From the NCBI GenBank assembly GCA_030528565.1, contig JAUMYP010000002.1, positions 56,854-120,853 of the forward strand: a stretch of 64,000 nucleotides of DNA, written 5' to 3'. This stretch comes from Pseudomonadota bacterium. GTDB lineage: Bacteria > Pseudomonadota > Gammaproteobacteria > Xanthomonadales > Xanthomonadaceae. The stretch's first letter is position 1. The number at the start of each line of letters is the position of its first letter. The notes below the pieces were generated by a model. That model ran no database searches, was not told where the DNA came from, and was given only the letters and a program-made list of their open reading frames with translations. This document shows positions 30,985 through 42,108 of this stretch, piece after piece. A program made the position numbers and the translations under genes.

Positions 30985-32853
30985 TCAGGTATCGAGGAAG
31001 CTGCGCAGGGTTTCGCTGCGCGAGGGGTGACGCAGTTTGCGCAGCGCCTTGGCTTCTATCTGGCGGATGCGCTCGCGGGTGACATCGAACTGCTTGCCGA
31101 CTTCTTCCAGGGTGTGGTCGGTGTTCATGTCGATGCCAAAGCGCATGCGCAGCACCTTGGCCTCGCGCGGGGTGAGGCCGGCCAGCACATCGCGCACGGT
31201 TTCCACCAGATTGATGTCGGTGGTGGCATCTACCGGCGACATGACATTGGTGTCTTCGATGAAGTCGCCAAGATGCGAGTCTTCGTCATCGCCAATCGGG
31301 GTTTCCATCGAAATCGGCTCCTTGGCGATTTTCATCACCTTGCGAATCTTGTCCTCGGGCATGTCCATCTCGCGCGCCAGTTCCTCGGGCGTGGCTTCGC
31401 GGCCATAGGTCTGCAACATCTGCCGCGAGATGCGGTTGAGCTTGTTGATGGTTTCAATCATGTGCACCGGGATGCGGATGGTGCGCGCCTGGTCGGCAAT
31501 CGAACGGGTGATGGCCTGGCGAATCCACCAGGTGGCATAGGTGGAGAACTTGAAGCCGCGGCGGAACTCGAACTTGTCCACCGCCTTCATCAGGCCGATA
31601 TTGCCTTCCTGAATCAGGTCGAGGAACTGCAAGCCGCGGTTGGTGTATTTCTTGGCAATGGAGATGACCAGGCGCAGGTTGGCCTCGACCATTTCCTTCT
31701 TGGCCTTGCGTGCCTGCACTTCGCCATAGGCCATGCTCTTGACCAGCTCGCGCATGTCCGCCAGGGTCATCGAGTTCTTGTCTTCCAGCGCCAGAATCAT
31801 CTCCTGCTGGGCGATGATGGGCTCGCGCATCTCACGCAAGCTGGAGCCCCACTTCTGTTTGCGCTTGAGCATTTCATCCACCCAGCCCAAGTCGATATTG
31901 TTGCCGTCCCAGGCTTTCAAAAAGTCCTTGCGCGGCATGCCTGCCTGGCGCACGGCCAGGTCCAGAATGCGGCGCTCGCGGGTTTTGATTTCTTCCTGCA
32001 CATCGCGCAGTTGCGCAACCAGGGCATCGAAATACGGCAGCGGGAACTTGAAGGTGACAAAGATATCGGCCATTTCCTGGCGCAGTTTGGCCACCGACTT
32101 GTGCGCCGGGCCATGCTTGGCATGTGCCTTTTCAAACTTGTTCCACAGCGCCGCCATTTCGGTCATGCGCAGCTTGACTTCTTCGGGGTCGGGCCCGGAG
32201 GGTGCAGGCTCGTCGGCCGCAGCGGCATCATCATCTTCGTCAGCATCTTCATCCAGCGCCTCGACCTCGTCCTCGACCTCCTCATCTTCAGCGGCGGCAG
32301 CGGCATTGGCTTCCTCGACATAGTCATTGAAGCCGACCACCACTTCCGGCAGGCGCTTTTTGCCATCCAGATGCTGCTGGTAATCCTCCAGCACCAGGCT
32401 GACCGAGGGCGGGAACAGCGCCAGCGAGGCCAGCATCTGGTTGATGCCCTCCTCGATACGCTTGGCGATGGCGATTTCGCCTTCACGGGTCAAAAGCTCA
32501 ACCGAGCCCATTTCGCGCATGTACATGCGCACCGGGTCGGTAGTGCGCCCGGTTTCGGTATCCAGCGCCGAGAGCGCGGCGGCGGCTTCTTCGGCGGCGG
32601 TTTCGTCCACATCACGGCCAGAGCCGGACTGACCGGCCAGCAGCAGGGTTTCAGCATCGGGCGCGACTTCATGCACGTCGATACCCATGCCGTTAATCAT
32701 GCTGATGATGTCTTCAATCTGCTCCGGGTCCACCAGGTCATCGGGCAGATGGTCGTTGACCTCAGCATAGGTCAGATAGCCCTGTTCCAGGCCCTTGCTG
32801 ATGAGCTGTTTGATTTCGGACTGGGCCTGACGGTCACTGGCCATGTGTTTCAC
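30985..32853 (-). CDS. rpoD: RNA polymerase sigma factor RpoD (sigma-70)
   Basis: 622 aa with an acidic insert and C-terminal regions 2-4 (...[33 protein letters not shown]...). Confidence 0.97.
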   Translation of the reverse strand: MKHMASDRQAQSEIKQLISKGLEQGYLTYAEVNDHLPDDLVDPEQIEDIISMINGMGIDVHEVAPDAETLLLAGQSGSGRDVDETAAEEAAAALSALDTETGRTTDPVRMYMREMGSVELLTREGEIAIAKRIEEGINQMLASLALFPPSVSLVLEDYQQHLDGKKRLPEVVVGFNDYVEEANAAAAAEDEEVEDEVEALDEDADEDDDAAAADEPAPSGPDPEEVKLRMTEMAALWNKFEKAHAKHGPAHKSVAKLRQEMADIFVTFKFPLPYFDALVAQLRDVQEEIKTRERRILDLAVRQAGMPRKDFLKAWDGNNIDLGWVDEMLKRKQKWGSSLREMREPIIAQQEMILALEDKNSMTLADMRELVKSMAYGEVQARKAKKEMVEANLRLVISIAKKYTNRGLQFLDLIQEGNIGLMKAVDKFEFRRGFKFSTYATWWIRQAITRSIADQARTIRIPVHMIETINKLNRISRQMLQTYGREATPEELAREMDMPEDKIRKVMKIAKEPISMETPIGDDEDSHLGDFIEDTNVMSPVDATTDINLVETVRDVLAGLTPREAKVLRMRFGIDMNTDHTLEEVGKQFDVTRERIRQIEAKALRKLRHPSRSETLRSFLDT

Positions 32854-32905
32854 CTGAAAGAAACTGAACCCCCAATTATACTACTTTATCCCCATGCTGC
32901 CGGGC

Positions 32906-33346
32906 TCAGGTGCGCAGCATGAAGGTCACCGGGCCGTCATTGACCAGGCTCACCTGCATATGGGCGCCAAACCGGCCAATTTCCACCCCTGCCGGATGTC
33001 TTTGCCGGCATTCCGCTATCAATTGCGTATATAGCTGTTCAGCCAGCGCCGGTGATGCTGCACTGCTGAAACTTGGCCGCAGGCCGCTGCGGGTATCGGC
33101 CGCCAGGGTGAACTGGCTCACCAGCAGCAATTGCCCGCCGCTATCGCGCAGCGAGCGATTCATGCGTCCGGCCTCGTCGGCAAATATCCGGTAGCCCAGC
33201 AGCTTTTCCGCCATCCTGACCACGCTGGCCGCCGCATCATCCGGTTCGGCGCAGACCAGCGCCAAAAGTCCGGCGCCAATCCGGCCAACGGTTTCGCCCT
33301 CGACCTCCACTTTGGCGCTGGAGACGCGCTGAATCAAAGCCAACAT
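32906..33346 (-). CDS. dtd: D-aminoacyl-tRNA deacylase
   Basis: [15 protein letters not shown]...SQFTLAAD..., 146 aa. Confidence 0.88.
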   Translation of the reverse strand: MLALIQRVSSAKVEVEGETVGRIGAGLLALVCAEPDDAAASVVRMAEKLLGYRIFADEAGRMNRSLRDSGGQLLLVSQFTLAADTRSGLRPSFSSAASPALAEQLYTQLIAECRQRHPAGVEIGRFGAHMQVSLVNDGPVTFMLRT

Positions 33347-33443
33347 ATGCACTTGCTCTTGAATCGGGTGCCGCAGATTAGCCAATCCACACGTTTTGGG
33401 CATATTTTCTCTACACTCAAGCGCCCTGCTCCATGCCCCGCCC

Positions 33444-34343
33444 ATGCTTTACTGGCTTGCCAAACTCATCGGCCTTTTGCCCCTGCCCGCATTGCGCTGG
33501 CTGGGCGGGCAGCTTGCCGCCTTCTGGCTGCGGGGCAACCGCCGCGAAAGCCGGGTGGCCTGGCGCAGCCTGGAGCTGGCTTTTCCGCATATGCCCGAGG
33601 CCGAACGCCGCGCCCTGCACCGGGCAGCCCTGCAAAGCACCGGCTGGCAAATGTTCGAAACCCTGCGCATCTGGACGCGCCCGGCAGCGGAAAACCTGCG
33701 CTTGCTGCGCGAAGGCGCCGGTATTGAGCTATTCGATGCGGCGCTCAGCAGCGGTCGCGGGGTGATTATCGCCGCCCCCCACCATGGCAACTGGGAGCTT
33801 CTGAACCAATGGCTGGCCTCCCGTACAGCACTTGCTATTTTGTACGCGCCGCCGGAATCGGCCAGGGTGGATGCATTCTTGCGCCGGGTACGCAAAGCAC
33901 AGGCGCAAGCGGGACGGGTGGAGCAAATCCGCGCCGAGGGCATCGGCATCCGGCAACTGTTCAAACGCCTGCAATCCGGCGGCGTGGTCGGCATCCTGCC
34001 CGACCAGCAGCCCAAGCAGGGCGAGGGTGTCTGGGCGCCATTTTTTTCCATGCCCGCCTCAACCATGACCCTGATTGGCCGCCTGGCCGAGCGCAGCGGC
34101 GCTCTCGTGCTATTTGCCTGGTGCGAGCGCGATGCCGATGGTTCGGGCTTTACCCTGCATATCGAGGCAGCCCCGGATGGCATCGCCTGCAAAGACCCAC
34201 AGGTTTCCGCCACGGCACTCAATGCCGGTATCGAGGCGCTGGTACGCCGCAACCCGGCGCAATATCAGTGGACTTACAAACGCTGGTCGCAGCAGCCCGA
34301 AGGCAGCGCACCCGGCAACCCCTATTGGCCAGATTGCTATTGA
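33444..34343 (+). CDS. lipid A biosynthesis lauroyl/myristoyl acyltransferase (LpxL/HtrB family)
   Basis: HHGNWE acyltransferase motif; about 300 aa. Confidence 0.8.
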   Translation: MLYWLAKLIGLLPLPALRWLGGQLAAFWLRGNRRESRVAWRSLELAFPHMPEAERRALHRAALQSTGWQMFETLRIWTRPAAENLRLLREGAGIELFDAALSSGRGVIIAAPHHGNWELLNQWLASRTALAILYAPPESARVDAFLRRVRKAQAQAGRVEQIRAEGIGIRQLFKRLQSGGVVGILPDQQPKQGEGVWAPFFSMPASTMTLIGRLAERSGALVLFAWCERDADGSGFTLHIEAAPDGIACKDPQVSATALNAGIEALVRRNPAQYQWTYKRWSQQPEGSAPGNPYWPDCY

Positions 34344-34344
34344 T

Positions 34345-34875
34345 ATGACACAGCCCAATCCCCCGGTTTTGCCCTACCCAAACACCGATGCCTGGCAGCC
34401 CCTGCCCGCACGCGGGCGGATATTGTTCTGCCTGAGCCATGCCATCGGCCTTGCCATTTTGGGCGCTGTACTTGCCCTGGTTGCCGCGCTTTTGAGCGAG
34501 GCAAAACTCGGGGTTTCGCCATGGCTTTGGGCAGGGTTGCTGGCCGTGGCGGGTCTGCTGGCCGGAGGCGTATCCGGCATTTGGCTGGGCGCGCGCCGCC
34601 ACAGCTATTACCGCTGGCGGCTGGATGCGACCGGCTTTGCGGTGAGCAGCGGCAAGCTCTGGCAGCGGCATACGCATGTACCGGCCACCCGCGTACAGCA
34701 TCTGGATATCAGCCGCGGCCCGCTACAGCGCCACTACCGGCTTGCCACACTGACCGTACACACCGCAGGCACGCACGGCCATGCGCTCAGCCTGCCCTGC
34801 CTTGACCAGGCGGATGCCGAGGCGCTGCGCGCCGCGCTTGCCGCTGGCATTGAGCCTGAAAGCGATGATGACTGA
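34345..34875 (+). CDS. YdbS-like membrane protein with bPH_2 (DUF304) domain
   Basis: Two TM helices followed by YRWRLDATGFAVSSGKLWQRHTHVPATRVQHLDISRGPLQRHYRLATLTVHTAG (bPH_2 signature). Its start overlaps the lpxL-like stop. Confidence 0.7.
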   Translation: MTQPNPPVLPYPNTDAWQPLPARGRILFCLSHAIGLAILGAVLALVAALLSEAKLGVSPWLWAGLLAVAGLLAGGVSGIWLGARRHSYYRWRLDATGFAVSSGKLWQRHTHVPATRVQHLDISRGPLQRHYRLATLTVHTAGTHGHALSLPCLDQADAEALRAALAAGIEPESDDD

Positions 34876-36391
34876 AACGCCGCCGCCCATCCCCGCCCTG
34901 CCTGCCCGGGAGCACCGCCTGCACCCTTGGTCATGGCTGTTTGTCGCCTTACAACACCTCAAACAGTTCATCCTCCCGCTGCTGGTTCTGCTTATTGCCC
35001 GCCGTGGGGACGGCCATACGCTATGGCCACTCCTGGGGATTGGGGCATTGGTGCTGGTTTCAGTCTGGCAATACTTCACCTATCGCTACCGGCTGTTGCC
35101 CGAGCACATCGAAATCCGCAGCGGCCTGGTGGCGCGCAAACTGCGGCAAATCGCCTATGCGCGCATCCATAACGTCGCCCTGCACCAGACGCTGTTGCAC
35201 CGGCTGTTTGGCGTGGCCGAAGTGCGCCTGGAATCGGCCGGCGGCAACCAGCCAGAAGCGCAGATGCGCGTGCTGCGCATCGACAAGGCGCTGGCACTGG
35301 AGCATCTGGTGCGCGAGCGCGGCCAGCACAGCAGCGGCATTACGCCCGCCGACGTGACTGTAAAAGCGTCTGCCACGCCACTGCTGACCCTGCCCACCGC
35401 AGAAATCATCCGTCATGGCCTGATTTCCAATCGCGGCATGGTGGTGGTCGCCGCCGGGTTTGCCACCCTCGGCCAGTTCATGGACGAATTTGTCGAGCAC
35501 TATGCCGGGCAACTGGAGCGCAGCACCCGCGCCACACTCAATGGCCTGGATGTCCAGCGCCTGGAGCTTGGCTGGCTGGATTACAGCCTGATGGGCCTTG
35601 TCCTGCTGCTTGCCATGCTGGTGCTGCTGCGGCTGCTTTCGGTGGCGCTGTCACTGCTGCAATATCACGGCTTTGTACTGGGGGAGAGTGGTCGCCGCCT
35701 GACCATCAGCCGGGGGCTTCTGAGCCGGATTCGCAGCTCCATCCCCAAGCGCCGTATCCAGGCCTGGCAGCTACAGGAAAGCTGGCTGCACCGGCGCTTC
35801 AAACGCCGGGCGCTGTCAGTGGAAATCGCGGCCAGCCCGCAGTCGCAACAGCAACAGGACCGCGGCAGCCATGCACTGGCGCCTATCGCCCCTCCCGCCA
35901 GCTGCGATGCGCTCATCAACCATCTGCTGCCCGCCGCCCATTGGCCGCCCGAGAACTGGCAAACACTGCACCGCCTCGCCTGGCTGCGGCGCTGGCTGGG
36001 CAGCTGTGTCTGGCTGCTGCCACTGACCGCCGTGGCCGTATCGCTGCTGGGTATCCGTGGTTTGCTGCCGCTGGCATGGCTTCCGGTTTCCGCATTCCTG
36101 GCCTGGCAGGCCAGCCGTCATGCTGGCTGGAGCCTTGGCAGCACCCTCATCGCCACCCGGCGCGGCTGGCTATCAAAGCAATGGCGCTTTGCCGAAGTGG
36201 AAAAACTGCAAAGCCTGCGCCTGTCCGCCTCGCCAGTGGACAGGCTGTTTGGCATGTGCAGCCTGCTGCTGGATACCGCAGGCGCAAGCCCGTTTGCACC
36301 GTTGCACATCGACTACCTGGGCCGCGACGAGGCCGAACAATTGCTCGCCACCCTTGCCCGGCAACTGGCGCATAGCCCGCTGCGCTGGTAA
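34865..36391 (+). CDS. YdbT-like membrane protein with multiple bPH_2 domains
   Basis: About 508 aa with repeated bPH_2 modules (…IEIRSGLVARKLRQIAYARIHNVALHQTLLHRLFGVAEVRLESAG…; …RRLTISRGLLSRIRSSIPKRRIQAW…). Overlaps the ydbS-like stop by 11 nt. Confidence 0.7.
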   Translation: MMTETPPPIPALPAREHRLHPWSWLFVALQHLKQFILPLLVLLIARRGDGHTLWPLLGIGALVLVSVWQYFTYRYRLLPEHIEIRSGLVARKLRQIAYARIHNVALHQTLLHRLFGVAEVRLESAGGNQPEAQMRVLRIDKALALEHLVRERGQHSSGITPADVTVKASATPLLTLPTAEIIRHGLISNRGMVVVAAGFATLGQFMDEFVEHYAGQLERSTRATLNGLDVQRLELGWLDYSLMGLVLLLAMLVLLRLLSVALSLLQYHGFVLGESGRRLTISRGLLSRIRSSIPKRRIQAWQLQESWLHRRFKRRALSVEIAASPQSQQQQDRGSHALAPIAPPASCDALINHLLPAAHWPPENWQTLHRLAWLRRWLGSCVWLLPLTAVAVSLLGIRGLLPLAWLPVSAFLAWQASRHAGWSLGSTLIATRRGWLSKQWRFAEVEKLQSLRLSASPVDRLFGMCSLLLDTAGASPFAPLHIDYLGRDEAEQLLATLARQLAHSPLRW

Positions 36392-36395
36392 TGCG

Positions 36396-36860
36396 CTAAT
36401 CCAACAACTCCATCGCCATCACCAGGCCATCTTCCCGGCCATTGTTGGCAGCGGGGTAATAGCGCGGCCTGCGGCCAATTTCGTTGAAGCCCTCGTCCTG
36501 ATAGAGCTGCACCGCATGGCTATTGGAAGGCCGCACTTCCAGAAAAATCCGCTGCGCGCCCTGCGCCTGCGCCGCCTGGCGCACATCACGCAGCAAGCGC
36601 CTGCCAAGCCCGCGCGACTGCCAGGCCGGGTCGATGCAGATATTGAGCAAATGCGCTTCATCGGCCTGCACGCTGAGTACCGCATAGCCAATGATGCGCC
36701 GGTCAGCTTCCAGTACCCACATCGGATAGCCCGAACGCAGGCAGTCACGAAAATTGCCCTCTGACCAGGGCCACGGGTAGGCGCGCAATTCCACCTGCAT
36801 CACTTCCGCCAGGTCAGCCTCCTGCATGCGCCGCAGATTCACGGCCGTTTCCGTACTCAT
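36396..36860 (-). CDS. rimI: ribosomal-protein-alanine N-acetyltransferase (GNAT)
   Basis: QVELRAYPWPWSEGNF...QSRGLGRRLL... Confidence 0.8.
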   Translation of the reverse strand: MSTETAVNLRRMQEADLAEVMQVELRAYPWPWSEGNFRDCLRSGYPMWVLEADRRIIGYAVLSVQADEAHLLNICIDPAWQSRGLGRRLLRDVRQAAQAQGAQRIFLEVRPSNSHAVQLYQDEGFNEIGRRPRYYPAANNGREDGLVMAMELLD

Positions 36861-37105
36861 TGCCGGGCACGCAGGCGGCGCAATTGCGGCCACAGTGCCC
36901 GCTTGATAGCCGCATCGCGCAAGCCTTCGGCATCGGGCAGGACAATGCCCGATGCCAACAGCACTTCCGCTGCAATACCGGTGGCGGCGGCCAGCTGCGC
37001 CACCACAAACGGGTCAGGCGGCAAGGACGCTGCCGGCCAGACCTGCCGCCACGGCGTGCAGCCCAGCTCGCCCAGGACTTCCGTTTGCAGGCTGTCCCAA
37101 TTCAT
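36857..37105 (-). CDS. small protein, possibly DNA polymerase III psi subunit-like (HolD family)
   Basis: 82 aa, MNWDSLQTEVLGELGCTPWRQ..., weak resemblance to the HolD N-terminus. Sits immediately upstream of rimI, as holD does in E. coli. Confidence 0.3.
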   Translation of the reverse strand: MNWDSLQTEVLGELGCTPWRQVWPAASLPPDPFVVAQLAAATGIAAEVLLASGIVLPDAEGLRDAAIKRALWPQLRRLRARQ

Positions 37106-37869
37106 GCGGCCTCGGCCGTGCGCTTGCGAAACACCCTCATCAACGGCCCGGAAAGCGCATAGGCGGCAAACACCAGCAACAAGGTCTGTGGCGGGTATAG
37201 CGCCAGCGCAATCAGCACGCCCAGCAAAACCGGCAGGAAGAAAAACGGCACGCGCTCGCCCTGCTCACCACGCTGGCTGCCCTTGAAGCTGGTATAGCGG
37301 ATATTGCTCACCATCAACAGCGCCACCGCCACCGTGACCGCCAGCGCCGCGTAGCGCAGGCCGCGCCCGGCCACATCGTAGTCATGCAATGTCCAGACAA
37401 AGCTCGCCATCACCGCCGCTGCTGCCGGGCTTGCCAGACCAACAAACCAGCGTTTGTCCACCACCCCGACCTGGCTGTTGAAGCGGGCAAGCCGCAGTGC
37501 CGCACAGGCGGCATACAAGAATGCCGCGAGCCACCCCAGCCTTCCGGTGGTGGCGCCTTCCAGATGCATGTATTCCATCGCCCAGTGATACATCAGCATC
37601 GCCGGCGCCATGCCGAAGCTCACCAGGTCAGCCAGCGAATCGTATTGCACGCCAAACTCGCTCTGGGTATTGGTGAGCCGTGCCACCCGGCCATCCAGCC
37701 CGTCCAGCAGCGCAGCGACGAAAATCGCCACACAGGCATGGGTGAACTTGTCCTGGCTTGACGCAATGATGGCGTAGAAACCTGCAAACAAGCCCCCGGT
37801 AGTGAACAGGTTGGGGAGCAGGTAGTAAACCGCGCGCGGCGGGCGGGGATGGCTTTTGTTTTCTTCCAT
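37102..37869 (-). CDS. pssA: CDP-diacylglycerol--serine O-phosphatidyltransferase
   Basis: CDP-alcohol phosphatidyltransferase motif DGLDGRVAR...G...D...D. Confidence 0.85.
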   Translation of the reverse strand: MEENKSHPRPPRAVYYLLPNLFTTGGLFAGFYAIIASSQDKFTHACVAIFVAALLDGLDGRVARLTNTQSEFGVQYDSLADLVSFGMAPAMLMYHWAMEYMHLEGATTGRLGWLAAFLYAACAALRLARFNSQVGVVDKRWFVGLASPAAAAVMASFVWTLHDYDVAGRGLRYAALAVTVAVALLMVSNIRYTSFKGSQRGEQGERVPFFFLPVLLGVLIALALYPPQTLLLVFAAYALSGPLMRVFRKRTAEAA

Positions 37870-37982
37870 AACTGGCAAGTGTAGCGCCTTGCTGAGTCCA
37901 TGATGACTGCTGACCGGCGCCACGACTTGCAAGCCACCGGCTGCGATGTTGCAATGTGACCTTAGTCACAAGGAGCTGCGCC

Positions 37983-38363
37983 ATGTCCAAGCGTTTGCCA
38001 ATTCTCATCATGCTCGGCCTTTGCAGTGCTGCGGCGCTTTCGCCTGCTGCGGCCCAGCAGATTTACCAATGGAAAGATGCCCAGGGACGTACCCACTATT
38101 CCAGCACGCCGCCCAGTTCTGGCAATTACAGCGTGCGCGGCCTGAAGGCCGCACAGGCTGCCGATGCCCCTGCCGCCCCCGCCGCCGAAGCCAAGCCCGA
38201 AAGCGCGCAGTGCAAGCAGGCGCGCACCAACCTGGCCGTGCTGCGCGATAGTCCCAGCGTGCAGATGGCAGGCGCTGACGGCAACCCGCGCACGCTAAAT
38301 GATGAAGAACGCGCCGCACAAATGCGGCTTGCCCAGACCATCCTGGAAACCAACTGCAAGTAA
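37983..38363 (+). CDS. DUF4124 domain-containing periplasmic protein
   Basis: Signal peptide plus [18 protein letters not shown] (DUF4124 signature). Confidence 0.7.
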   Translation: MSKRLPILIMLGLCSAAALSPAAAQQIYQWKDAQGRTHYSSTPPSSGNYSVRGLKAAQAADAPAAPAAEAKPESAQCKQARTNLAVLRDSPSVQMAGADGNPRTLNDEERAAQMRLAQTILETNCK

Positions 38364-38440
38364 GCGCCTGTACAAAGCAGCGCAACAAAGCTGCAAGGCG
38401 CATGGCAAAATGCAGGGCTCACCCCAATCCGAGCCTTGCC

Positions 38441-40159
38441 ATGCGCCTGTCGCGTTTCCATCTGCGTACCGAAAAAGAAACCCCTGCCGAAGCCGAAATC
38501 ATCAGCCACAAGCTGATGCTCAAATCCGGCATGATTCGCAAACTGGCTGCCGGTCTTTATACCTGGTCGCCGCTGGGGCTGCGGGTATTGCGCAAGGTCG
38601 AGCGCGTGGTGCGCGAGGAAATGAACCGCGCCGGCGCCATCGAAGTGCTGATGCCGACCATCCAGCCGCAGGAGCTATGGCAGGAAACCGGCCGCTGGGA
38701 AAAGTTTGGCGGCCAGCTTTTGAAAATCCGCGACCGCAAGGAGGCCGGTTATTGCTATGCCCCCACCGCTGAAGAAGTGGTGACGGATTTTGCCCGGCAG
38801 GAACTTGCCAGCTACAAGCAGTTGCCGGTTAATTTCTATCAAATCCAGACCAAGTTCCGTGACGAAATCCGCCCGCGTTTTGGGGTGATGCGCGCACGCG
38901 AATTTCTCATGAAGGATGCCTATTCCTTCCATCTGGACGAGGCTTCATTGCAGGCCGAATATCGCAATATGTATGACACTTACAGCCGGATTTTCACCCG
39001 CCTGGGGCTGAAATTCCGCGCCGTATTTGCCGATACCGGCGCCATTGGCGGCTCGGCCTCGCACGAGTTTCATGTGCTGGCCGATTCAGGTGAAGACGCC
39101 ATCGCGTTTTCCGACGCCTCCGATTATGCCGCCAATGTTGAGCTGGCCGAGGCACTTGCCCCCGGCGCACGCCCGGCAGCTACCGAGGCACTACGCGATA
39201 TCGCCACGCCCACGCAAAAAACCTGCGAAGAAGTCGCCGCGCTGCTGCAAATCCCGCTTTCACGCACGGTGAAATCCATCGCCCTGATGGGCGAAGATAG
39301 TGAAGGCGCGCCGCAATTGGTGCTGGCGCTGGTGCGCGGCGACCATTCCGCCAATGAAATCAAACTGGGCAAGCTGCCCGGCCTTGGCGATTACCGCCTG
39401 GCCAGCGAAGAAGAAATCCGCACCTATCTGGGCGCATCGCCCGGTTTCCTCGGCCCACTCAACAGCGCCCAACCCGTTCGCGTGATTGCCGACCGCGCCG
39501 TGGCGGCCATGGCCGATTTTGTAGTCGGCGCCAATCGCGATGGTTTCCATATTGCCGGCGTAAATTGGGGGCGCGACTTGCCGGAGCCGGAAGTGGCCGA
39601 TATCCGCAATGTGGTGGCCGGTGACCCCTCGCCCGACGGCCAGGGCACACTCGGCATCGCCCGTGGTATTGAAGTCGGCCATGTATTTGCACTGGGCAAT
39701 AAATACTCCGAAGCGATGAATTGCACCGTGCTGGATGCACAAGGCAAACCGGCCAATCCGCTGATGGGCTGTTATGGCATCGGCGTTTCCCGCATCGTCG
39801 CTGCGGCCATCGAACAAAATCATGACCAAGCCGGGATTTGCTGGCCGGAAGCGATGGCGCCCTGGCAGGTCGCCATCTGCCTTATCAATCCGAAAAATAA
39901 TCCCGAAGTACTGGCCGCCGCCGAAGCCCTGTGCAGCGAGCTGAATGAAGCCGGGATTGATACCGTGCTTGATGACCGTGGCCTGCGTCCGGGCGCGATG
40001 TTTGCCGACATTGAACTGATTGGGATTCCGCACCGCGTGGTGGTTTCAGAGCGCGGCCTGGCCGCCGGCAGTTTTGAATATCGCCAGCGCAATGCCGCCG
40101 AAGCCGAAAACCTTGACCGCGCCAGCCTGCTTGCCCGGATTAGCGCCCGCAAACCGTGA
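38441..40159 (+). CDS. proS: proline--tRNA ligase
   Basis: [42 protein letters not shown]..., near-collinear with E. coli ProS. Confidence 0.96.
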   Translation: MRLSRFHLRTEKETPAEAEIISHKLMLKSGMIRKLAAGLYTWSPLGLRVLRKVERVVREEMNRAGAIEVLMPTIQPQELWQETGRWEKFGGQLLKIRDRKEAGYCYAPTAEEVVTDFARQELASYKQLPVNFYQIQTKFRDEIRPRFGVMRAREFLMKDAYSFHLDEASLQAEYRNMYDTYSRIFTRLGLKFRAVFADTGAIGGSASHEFHVLADSGEDAIAFSDASDYAANVELAEALAPGARPAATEALRDIATPTQKTCEEVAALLQIPLSRTVKSIALMGEDSEGAPQLVLALVRGDHSANEIKLGKLPGLGDYRLASEEEIRTYLGASPGFLGPLNSAQPVRVIADRAVAAMADFVVGANRDGFHIAGVNWGRDLPEPEVADIRNVVAGDPSPDGQGTLGIARGIEVGHVFALGNKYSEAMNCTVLDAQGKPANPLMGCYGIGVSRIVAAAIEQNHDQAGICWPEAMAPWQVAICLINPKNNPEVLAAAEALCSELNEAGIDTVLDDRGLRPGAMFADIELIGIPHRVVVSERGLAAGSFEYRQRNAAEAENLDRASLLARISARKP

Positions 40160-40271
40160 GTTCAGCAACAATATGGGTTGTCAATTGCATAAAGATAATC
40201 CAGCCATTAATATCGCTTGCGGATGGCGAATGCGCCAGTTCCCGACAAACAATTAAACCCGTGGAGAGAAC

Positions 40272-40700
40272 GTGGATATCAGCAAACTGAGCAGCAAAGA
40301 GCTTGCCGATTTGATTAGCCAGGCACAAAAGCGCAAGCGGGTGCTGGCCAAGCGCAAGCCCATCAATCAGGTACGTGCGCAAATCAACAAGATTGTGCGC
40401 GCTTCCGGCTATAGCTTTGAAGAACTGTTTGGCAGCACTGGCGCAGGCATGGCGGCTCCCAAAGCGCCACGCAAAGCTGCCGGCAAGACCAAGGGGCCGC
40501 GCAAAGGTACCAAGGTGGAGGCCAAATACCGCGACCCGGCCAATGCCGAAAACACCTGGACAGGCCGTGGCAAGCAGCCGCGCTGGCTGGCAAGCTATAT
40601 CGAACAGGGGCGCCAACTGGCTGACTTCCTGATTGCCCCGCAGGCCGAAACCACGGCGGCAGCAGCGCCCGCCGCAGCTCCGGCCACCTCCGGCTACTAA
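40272..40700 (+). CDS. H-NS family nucleoid-associated protein
   Basis: N-terminal coiled coil plus C-terminal TWTGRGKQPRW DNA-binding motif. Likely a GTG start. Confidence 0.85.
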   Translation: MDISKLSSKELADLISQAQKRKRVLAKRKPINQVRAQINKIVRASGYSFEELFGSTGAGMAAPKAPRKAAGKTKGPRKGTKVEAKYRDPANAENTWTGRGKQPRWLASYIEQGRQLADFLIAPQAETTAAAAPAAAPATSGY

Positions 40701-40715
40701 TTTCAGCCCCCGCCA

Positions 40716-40746
40716 AAGCGCCGCGCCAGCGGCGCTTTGCTTTTGA
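40716..40746 (+). terminator. rho-independent terminator after the H-NS gene
   Basis: aaagcgccgc-gcca-gcggcgcttt (10-bp stem) followed by gcuuuug. Confidence 0.65.
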
Positions 40747-40754
40747 AAGCCTGT

Positions 40755-41999
40755 TCAAAGATTGCTGCGCGGCGGCGCCAGAAGGTTGCCAAACATCAGG
40801 CCGGCAATCAGCGCCAACAGGATATTGAGCACAGACATCAGGGCAGCCTGCCCGGCGCTGATATTCTGCTGCTGCATCAAGTCCATCAAGCCACGAAAAC
40901 TGACACTGCCCGGTACCAGCAAAATGATGCCAGGCACGCGAATCAATGCACCCGGACGGTTACGCAATCGCGCATACAAATTTCCCATCATGGTCAGCGC
41001 CAGCGCGCTCAGGAATACCCCGGCCACATTGCCAAGCGCAGCGCCTGTATAGCGGGAAATCAGATAGCCCGCAGCAGCGGCAGACATCACCAGAAAATAA
41101 TCCCGGAGCCCTGCACGGAATGCCACGGCAAAAGCAAAGCATGACAATACAAGACCTGTGGTTTCCACCCAGTCCGGCTGTGGACGCAAATACGCTACCT
41201 GCGGTTTGACTCCCAGCATTTTTGCCAGTGTGAGTGCAATCATGGTGCCGATAGTCACCTTCAGGATAGTGCTGAGCGCACCGGCAAAGCGCGCCACCCC
41301 GGCACCCAGATGCTGATTGGTCAGTTCACTGATGGCATTGGTCAGCGCCATACCCGGCAGCATCACGATGACCGAAGCGATAATCACGGTATTGAGATTG
41401 AGTGGCGCCACAAACCCTGCCACCAATACCGCCAGGGTTGCCGCCAGCATTCCCGCCAGGGCTTCCACCGATTCACGCAATAACGGCAGGCGGCTGACGG
41501 CATAATCCAGAAGACCGATTAATAGCCCGGCAACACTGGCAGTGGCGATATCCAGCCAGGGCAGGCGCAGCAGCATGGACACCCCGCCTGCCACCAGTAC
41601 AAATGACAGCACCTGCATCAACTGCCAGCGCCTGCCAGGCGGCAGGTCAAGCTTTTTCAGCGCCGCCTGGCCTTCGGCCAGGTCAATCTTTCCGGCCAGC
41701 ACATCCTCGGCAATGCGGTCGGTCATGCCAAGACGGGCCAAATCGACCTCGCCCGGTGGCAGGCGAATCACCCGGGTCACGTCATTGGCATCGGCATCGC
41801 CCAGGTCGCGGAAGGTCAGAATCATCCCGGTCGGGGTGACCCAGGGCTGGCATTCCAGATTGAGCCGCGCCGAAACCCCAAGCAATGCGCCTTCAAGGCG
41901 CTGCGCTGTGGTGCCATAGGCATGCAGGCGGGCGGCAAGCTCGGCGACGAAATCAATCCGGTTGCGGGCAGAAATTTTGGCAAGTGACAGTTCTGGCAT
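40755..41999 (-). CDS. threonine/serine exporter family protein (ThrE; DUF1212+DUF3815)
   Basis: 414-aa membrane protein with the DUF1212 N-domain signature. Confidence 0.75.
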   Translation of the reverse strand: MPELSLAKISARNRIDFVAELAARLHAYGTTAQRLEGALLGVSARLNLECQPWVTPTGMILTFRDLGDADANDVTRVIRLPPGEVDLARLGMTDRIAEDVLAGKIDLAEGQAALKKLDLPPGRRWQLMQVLSFVLVAGGVSMLLRLPWLDIATASVAGLLIGLLDYAVSRLPLLRESVEALAGMLAATLAVLVAGFVAPLNLNTVIIASVIVMLPGMALTNAISELTNQHLGAGVARFAGALSTILKVTIGTMIALTLAKMLGVKPQVAYLRPQPDWVETTGLVLSCFAFAVAFRAGLRDYFLVMSAAAAGYLISRYTGAALGNVAGVFLSALALTMMGNLYARLRNRPGALIRVPGIILLVPGSVSFRGLMDLMQQQNISAGQAALMSVLNILLALIAGLMFGNLLAPPRSNL

Positions 42000-42108
42000 G
42001 GCAAAAGCATGACATGGATAATCCTGACCGCAAGCATCATTATCATGACTATTTCACACGCCCATCCCGGACAATCTCTAAGATGCGCGGCTCACCGATT
42101 TTGCCTGC

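Noticed and set aside
30964-32922. 652-aa plus-strand ORF
   Set aside because: Antisense to rpoD.
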